From the NCBI GenBank assembly GCA_964016885.1, contig OZ024750.1, forward strand, positions 36,394,001-36,458,000: 64,000 nt of DNA, written 5' to 3'. The position numbers were made by a program, and so were the translations under genes. Origin of the DNA: Eledone cirrhosa. Taxonomy: Eukaryota. The notes under the pieces were generated by a model that was not told the DNA's origin, did not search any database, and was given only the letters and a program-made list of their open reading frames with translations. This document shows, in pieces, positions 56,935 to 64,000 of the stretch (positions within the stretch are counted from its first letter, which is position 1; each line of letters opens with the position of its first letter).

Positions 56935-57270
56935 AGGAATATGGCTTAGTGGTTAGAGCATTGGCTTTGCAATTGAAAGGTTGTGAGTTCAATTCTCAGA
57001 CCGGGTGATGTGTTGTTTCCTTGAGCAAGACACTTTATTTCAGATTGCTCCAGTTTACTCAGCTGTAGAAATGAGATGATAGGGACTGGGGTCCATATCA
57101 TTCCACTGCAAAGTGGTCGTGGAGGTGCCACGGCAAAAAAGCACCCAGCACTCACTGTAAATGAGGTTGGTGTTAGGAAGGGCATCCAGCTGTAGAAATC
57201 AAGCCAGAATCAGTTCCTGTCCCACCCTTGCAAGCAGGGAAAAGTGGACGTAAAATGATGATGATGATGA
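56935..57270 (+). mobile_element. Family A SINE, full length
   Basis: As for other copies. Confidence 0.88.
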
Positions 57271-57392
57271 TACACTTATACACAAATACATTCACAAATG
57301 CACACATACATAAACACATGTACAGATGTACATATACATAATGCATACACACGTACACAAATGCACACATACATACACAACCACAAAGACAA

Positions 57393-57545
57393 AATTGGCA
57401 GAGTTGTTAAGACGTCTGAATGCTTTACAGTATTCGTCCCACCTCATTGCGTGCTCTGAGTTCAAATCCCGCTGGGGTCAACTTTGCCATTCATCCTTTC
57501 AAAGTTGATAAAAAAAAGTACCAGCCCAGTACTGGGGGTCGATTC
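57393..57545 (+). mobile_element. Family B SINE variant
   Basis: GAGTTCAAATCCCGCTGGGGTCAACTTTGCCATTCATCC...GTACCAG. Confidence 0.7.
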
Positions 57546-58528
57546 TTCCTCTATAGAAAAAAAATTGGCTGTATTGAGGCCTGGAGGGGGGTTGGGTTCC
57601 ACCAGATTTAAAAGTGCCCTAGACACGCTGTTTGATGGTGCCTCTACGACTCCACGGGGAGTTATGGGATCGTTTTTTTTTATACAGATGCACACATACA
57701 TAGATGCTCACATACATACACAAACATAGACAGATGCACACATATATACACAAACACATACCAAGAGACATATACATATGGTGGACTTCTGCACAGTTTC
57801 CTCTAACAACATTCAAGGGAATCCGAGGCTATAACAGAAACCACAATAAAACAAATCTCTACACAGCAAGACCTGTTCTTATTATTCTGCAGCAGAGTGT
57901 TGTAAATCTTTTGTTAATTGGTTTCAGTTTTTGTAACAGGTTTATTTCTTATTTTACCAGAGGAATTCTTATAATTATTTGAGAACATGTACTTCTGATT
58001 TTTTTTTTTCAATGGCAAATATTTACTTTCTTTTAGCAGCTTCTTCTTACAAGAATGTATTTTTTTCCAGCCATAGCTATGTAGCCTTAAGCAAATAAAG
58101 TTGTATATAGTTTACCACTAGACACAATACAATTTCAGCAGTAAGATACTAACTTATAAACCAAGAATCAAATCTTTAGTGTTTTATCTAAAAGAGCAAA
58201 TTTTGCTATTTTATATTTGTTTTTCTTTGCTTTATTAAGTAGAATATGTTTTGTTGTTGGAGCAATTGTTTTATTTTTACAGCTGAATTGTTATTTCTAC
58301 CATGTACTGAATTATTAAGTAGTTATGGCACCTGTCTGGTAAACTGGAACAAGGAGGGTTGTATGCCTTACACTAGGGTACAGCACAATGGCTGTGTAAG
58401 CAGATAGACATATAATTGAAAACAAAATTGGAACATTTATATATAGCTAGTAAGAGAACCTTACATGGTCATTAAATCTACTAGAAATGTCAGCGAATTT
58501 ACCTACAAATCCTATTTTATTATCTTAA

Positions 58529-58714
58529 CCCATTAGCATTTAAACTGGCCATAACCAGCAACAATCAGCCACTCATACAGATGTTAAGGTATTGTTCTCA
58601 AAATAATAATATCAAAATCTCATAGATTTGATATTATGTGAGATATTTATGTGAGGTAAAGCCTTTAACATGAAAATACAATAGTAAATATAGAGTAATG
58701 TAAATGTTAAAGGG
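58529..58714. mobile_element. piggyBac-like MITE
   Basis: TTAA|CCCATTAGCATTTA ... TAAATGTTAAAGGG|TTAA: TTAA TSD, CCC/GGG ends, imperfect 14-bp TIR. Confidence 0.72.
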
Positions 58715-60053
58715 TTAAAAAGAGGACAAATATATCGGATAATATTTTGGAACTTAAAATTCCCTTGTCAGAGAATAAGTATCTCTCTATCTCTCAGAGA
58801 AAAAAAAAATGTTCCGGATTTGAAATTAGATTTATAGATTTATATTAGGATGAAAGAAACAATAAAAATAAAAAAAAGATTACATTGGATGATATTTTTT
58901 AACGGCTCTTCTAGCGATGAGTCTTCTCATTTTTTTATGTATTCAAATACACTCTTGCTTCGTCTCGATCAGAGAAAACATTGTTTTACCTTTAATTTAT
59001 TAATTTTTTTTATTTATTATTTGATTAAACAAACAACTAATATGTTAGTGCTGATGCCATCATAAAATAAACCCAGTCAACTCTGTAAAGCTGTAGTGCT
59101 AGTGTCATGATAAATTGCACCCAGCCCACATTCTCTCTCTATATATATAAATATTTTATATACTCTGTAAATTGTTCCAGGTACACTGTCTATAAAATTA
59201 TAATAAGCAATAGGCTTCTTGTTGTTGTTGTGTACAAGACTGTTACTGGCCGAGGTTGTTGTCATCCACCTGATCAAGACTAGAGGTGATCAGTTTCCAG
59301 TGTCAACCTCGAGGAGGTCAATAACTTGAGTTCCAAGTAATAAGCAATATGTTTCCTTAATTAAAGTCACTCTCTGGTAAACAGCAACAATAAAGCAATA
59401 GTTATAGTAAGGTTTGAACTCTTAATCATTTGCTTCTTAATTTAGTTCAATTAAACTATTGTGCATCAGCAATGTTGAAAATTATTAGCTTTGAAATTTG
59501 AAATTGATTTTCTATTTGATGTGATTAAATACCAATAAAGTTAGTACTTGTATTTATCAAAGCAAAATGATCATTATCAGAAATGGAGCGACAAACTAAA
59601 TTTTTTTACCGTATATATATTACGTCTACTTAATTTTTACAAACCTGTCAGCTAATTAGCCTTTCACAAGTGTTTGTTTGATAGAAATTCATATTTAAAT
59701 ATTTTTCTTGGTTACTAGACTTCTCCACTTCTACCCCAATTAAAAATACCATAAAAACCATATTCCTATATCAAGGAATTTAACAATGTACCCATGTGAT
59801 TTCTGTGATACAAAAGAAAAAAAAAAACCTCATCAAACCAAATAAAATGTACTTATGTAAAGTACTTTGAATAATGCAGTCATATAAAAACCATTTCACT
59901 AATGCAGTCTTGTGATGTGAGAAATGAATGCAAGTGTAGTAGTAATAACACTATGGAAAGTCAGTCTTATTTCAGTTAAAATATGGGTTGGGGAATTTAA
60001 TATTAAGTAATTGAGCATCAGTGATTTTCATGACTTGTTATAAGTGAAATTAT

Positions 60054-60054
<1 letters not shown>

Positions 60055-60121
<67 letters not shown>
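60055..60121. repeat. (CT)n microsatellite
   Basis: Direct reading. Confidence 0.97.
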
Positions 60122-60131
<10 letters not shown>

Positions 60132-60939
60132 GTATCAAATTAGAATTCATGGCTTTGAAGACCCAGATTCTGCTCAGTAGGCAATGTCTTTTAACTAGTA
60201 CCACAAAATATAAATTTTCCATATATTTATAAACAGATCTGTTTATAATTGGATGATCATATTTGGAAGTATGGTCATTTAAATATAATTTATTCTTTAT
60301 GTGAGTAATGTTTATTTTTATTTAACATCTTAAATTCTATTTATTTCTATATGTATATATGTATTAAAACCTGGCTGGTCTCTCAATTGATATATTGCTA
60401 TATATCGTTTAAAATTATTCTATATTATATTATGTTGGACCGGCAACTGTTTAATCAGCTCTTAAATATCACTGGAATTCTATAAGAATCCAGCTTCTAT
60501 AATTCTCGGTAGAAACGAAGAGATATGTAATCTTGACAACTTGCTAACAAGCGAGAAACGACCGGCAATTGCTTCCCTTTGCTTTTGCTGAGACCATGTA
60601 AGTGACGTAGTCACTACTTTGAAACTCATAGCGAATGGTCTTCAAAATGTTTTTAAATAAACATACAATATATTATCAAATATACTATACATACATATAT
60701 ATATATATATGAACTCAGGAATCTACATATTTTATATATATATATATATATATATGTGTATATATAAAATATGAGAACTCCAAACGATATATGTCGCCTT
60801 TTTTCTGTCTCCAACTATTCTCGGTTGTATATATATTTATATATTTGTATAAGATTTATATATGATAAAAATGTGTGTGCTTATAAATGTGTATGTATAC
60901 GCCATTTCCATTCTCACCTCCCACCCACATCCACTACAT

Positions 60940-62546
60940 TCGGTATACATGCCTGACGCTGTATGCTAACCACACCCTCATGAATATAGCATAGAACAGA
61001 CAAGGGGCGGACAGAGACTCCATAAGCCATAGTGTAGGTAACCCATCTAGGAGAGCTACCACTCCGAATAAATTGGTGCAGGATAGAGAAGTCCCCTGAG
61101 TCCAGTAAGACAACTTCTGTGACACGAATAAAAGCACTCAGTCCATGCTGTAAAATGGAGGGGTGGAATATGAAGACATCAAATCTCAGAGTTGCCACAC
61201 TTAATGTTGGCACTCTAATAGGTAGAACTAGTGAGATGGTGGAAATGCTAGAGAGGAAAAAGGTGGATGTGTGCTGCATGCAAGAGGTGAGATGGTGAAG
61301 TGCCTCTTCAAGACTAATCGCAAGCAAACATCTTATTTCTAAGCTTTTCTGGGTAGGTAAAGATGATGGGTTAGGTGGGGTAGGCATTTTACTGGATGAG
61401 AGATGGATCGATAAGACAATAGAGGTAGTTAGAGTCAGTAATAGAATAATTAAGATTAGATTAGTTGTAGGCAAGAGACTGCTGACAATAATCTCTACCT
61501 ATGCTCCCCAGGCAGGCCTAGGTAAAGAAGAGAAAGACTGCTTTTATGAGCAACTTTTACAAACAGTAACAGAGGACGGAGACATCGTTATGCTAGCAGG
61601 GGACTTCAATGGTCATGTTAGACAACTCCAGGATGGATACACTGGGGTACATGGTGGGTACGATTACGGCTCAAGAAATGAAGAAGGAGTGAGGCTTCTT
61701 GAATTTACACCATAGCATATGTTAGTGGTTAGTGACATCTCAGTAAGCAAGAGACAAAATGAGACATACAGGAAGGTTTAGAAAGGAAAGGTCTGGAAAC
61801 TAAAAGACCTTTCGTTAAAATATAAATTTAGGAAAGGCCCTTCAAGATGTGTAGAATCGTATGACATAGATGACAACTGGAATTTCTTGCATGACAACTT
61901 ACTGCAGGCTACTGAAGAAACTTGTGGCTGGAGCGGAGCTCCGACCAGACAGAGAGTGACCTGGTGGTGGAACAGCATGGTAGATAGGGCCATTAGAGAC
62001 AAAAGACTAGCATGGAATGCTTGGAAAAATGGAGGGAGTAGAGACCGATACACATCCGCTAAGAGAGAAGCTAGACGTCAGGTGTACTTAGCACGCACGG
62101 AGGCTGACAGTAGGAGGTTTATCAATGCCCTGCGATGTGAAGATCAGAGACGTGCGGTGTTCCTCATTGCAAGGCAGTGTGTCAGTGTAAATCAGGATGT
62201 TGTTGGAGATAAATGTGTCTGGAATGATGCTGGTTTACTTAGTGTCATGAATGATCAGATAAAGGAGGCCTGGAAATGTCATAATGAGAGACTGATGAAT
62301 GTGGAGAATGAATGGCAGAGAGAGAAATTACCCTCAGTAGATCCGGCAGAGGGACCAGCTATTGAGATTGACGAATATAGGGTCCAAGAGGCGATTAAGG
62401 AAATGAAAAATGGTAAGGCCGCTGGACCGTCGGGGATAGTTGCTGAGATGCTGAAAGCATCAGAAGGAGTAGGCACTAACCTGGTTGCATGCATCGTTAA
62501 TCAAGCTATATATGGTGGTGTCAAACTCAAAGACTGGTGTAGCAGT
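60940..62546 (+). mobile_element. 5' half of a decayed RTE LINE (putative 5' UTR, APE endonuclease, pre-RT region); resumes at 63974
   Basis: From ATG 61155: LRVATLNVGTL...VDVCCMQEVRW*, TYAPQ, AGDFNGHV, then TWWWN...KAAGPSGIVAEMLKA...KDWCSS. The 5' boundary is approximate. Confidence 0.88.
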
Positions 62547-63973
62547 CATCATCATCATCATCATCATCATCATCGTTTAACGTCCGTGTTCCACGCTTGC
62601 ATGGGTTTGGACAGGAGTTTTCCCACTTGAGGCAAGAGTGGTTGTCTTGCTCGCATAGGACTGTCTGGCGGGTTTTCTACAGTTGGATGCCCTTCCTAAC
62701 ACCAACCACATTTACAGTGTGGGGCTGGGAGGTTTTTACCGTGTTACCTACACGGCCACATTACAGCGTGGACTGTGTGTTTTTTTTTCGTGACACCTAC
62801 ACGACCTCATTTATTTAGGACTGGATGTTGTGGGTCCAACATAACTTTACATTGAAAGGGGCGGTGTGGATGGGGTGGGGGTGGTGGGACGGGGGTGTAT
62901 TTAGTTAGAGATGCCTACTGACTGTAGTAGGTTTTACTTTGTATTTAGGTAACGCGGGTCTTCTCTGTTACTGAGTACCGCCAAAGGTCTCGGTCCAGTG
63001 ACATTGTCTTGGAGAGGTGTAAGTGTGTGAGGTCGGAATTTATCAGCTCGTCCCAGGTTTTTCTGGGTCTGCCTACTCCGTGGCTACCATCTATCTTTAT
63101 TGCCCTGCACTTTGTTATACAGCTGTCGTCTTTCATGCGCATCACGTGACCATACCAACGTAGCCTTCTCTCGATTAAACAACATCTGATCCCTCTTATT
63201 TCTAATTTTTTCCTTAGTTCGTTTATGCTTTGCCGTTCGCGTATATTACTATTACACATCCAGCGGAGCATGCAAGCTTCGTTCCTCTCTAGTCTGCGTA
63301 TATCCTCTGCACACAATGCCCAGGTCTCACTGCCATGCAACATTTCTGTTCGTATGCAGGCATCATACAACCTGCCTTTCACTTTTAGGGAGAACCCTTT
63401 AGCGGCTAATAGTGGTATAAGCTCTCTGAACTTTTTCCATCCAGTTCTGACTCTAGCTACTGTACTTTCAGAGCACCCTCCCCCACTGCTGATTTTGTCA
63501 CCCAGGTAACGGAAGCTGTCCACTATTTCTATAGAACTCTCTGCGCAGTTGAAAGAGCTAGTATTTTGTGGGCACTTGCTGCTACTTATTGCACCAGAGC
63601 ACCGGCCACATGTAAAATCTGTGTTCTTAGTTAGCTTACCTGTGATCCCACTACATCTTTTATGCACCCATACTTTGCATTTGGGACATAAAATGGAGTT
63701 TCTACCTACGCCTTTCCTACACACTGAGCATGGCCATTTTCCGGAAGGGACCGGCGCCTTATTTTCTTTCCTACAAACTAGAACTTTAGTCTTAGCCATG
63801 TTAATTTTAAGGCCTTTTGATTCTAGGCCGTGCTTCCATGTTTGGAATTTCTTCTCTAGCTCGGCCATTGATTCAGCTATGAGCGTTAGGTCATCTGCGT
63901 ATAGGAGTTCCCATGGGCAGCCGGTCTTGAACTCCTCTGTTATAGCCTGAAGAGCAATAATGAATAGTAGGGG
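62547..63973 (-). mobile_element. 5'-truncated RTE LINE inserted antisense into the previous RTE
   Basis: PLLFII...LYADD...RRLRWYGHV, stop at 62945, 3' UTR, (GAT)n tail; GCAGT at 62542-62546 and 63974-63978. Confidence 0.92.
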
Positions 63974-64000
63974 GCAGTATTCTTATAAATTGCTACAAAG
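63974..64000 (+). mobile_element. Continuation of the interrupted plus-strand RTE
   Basis: AGT ATT CTT ATA AAT TGC TAC AAA = SILINCYK, equivalent to SIIVNCYK in the 11190 ORF. Confidence 0.85.

Noticed and set aside
61887-62630. His-tailed 247-aa protein
   Set aside because: RTE fragment reading into the antisense (CAT)n tail of a nested insertion.

Overview
AT-rich, repeat-saturated eukaryotic DNA. The mix of long (TA)n tracts, RTE LINEs and tRNA-derived CORE-SINEs suggests a mollusc, probably an octopus; this is an inference. No intact host gene is evident, only one or two candidate small exons near 13.4-14.1 kb. Most long ORFs in the track are microsatellite or minisatellite artefacts. 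Real content: several RTE LINE fragments (one nested antisense inside another with a 5-bp TSD), a CR1/L2-type LINE with an inverted internal duplication at its 5' end, two Penelope-like elements (PLEs; RT plus C-terminal GIY-YIG), a decayed mariner, two SINE families, several MITE-like hairpins and five unrelated minisatellite arrays at 42.5-56.1 kb. The most interesting hidden layer is non-coding. About ten type I hammerhead ribozyme motifs from several sequence families are present, including one with a ~95-nt branched helix II at 17.4 kb. Most lie in asymmetric fold-back elements inserted in (TA)n, where one arm carries a ~57-bp tail and the other stops at a fixed point, the same layout as the ORF-bearing PLE at 3.8-8.0 kb. 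All structures were read by eye and none was computationally folded or searched.
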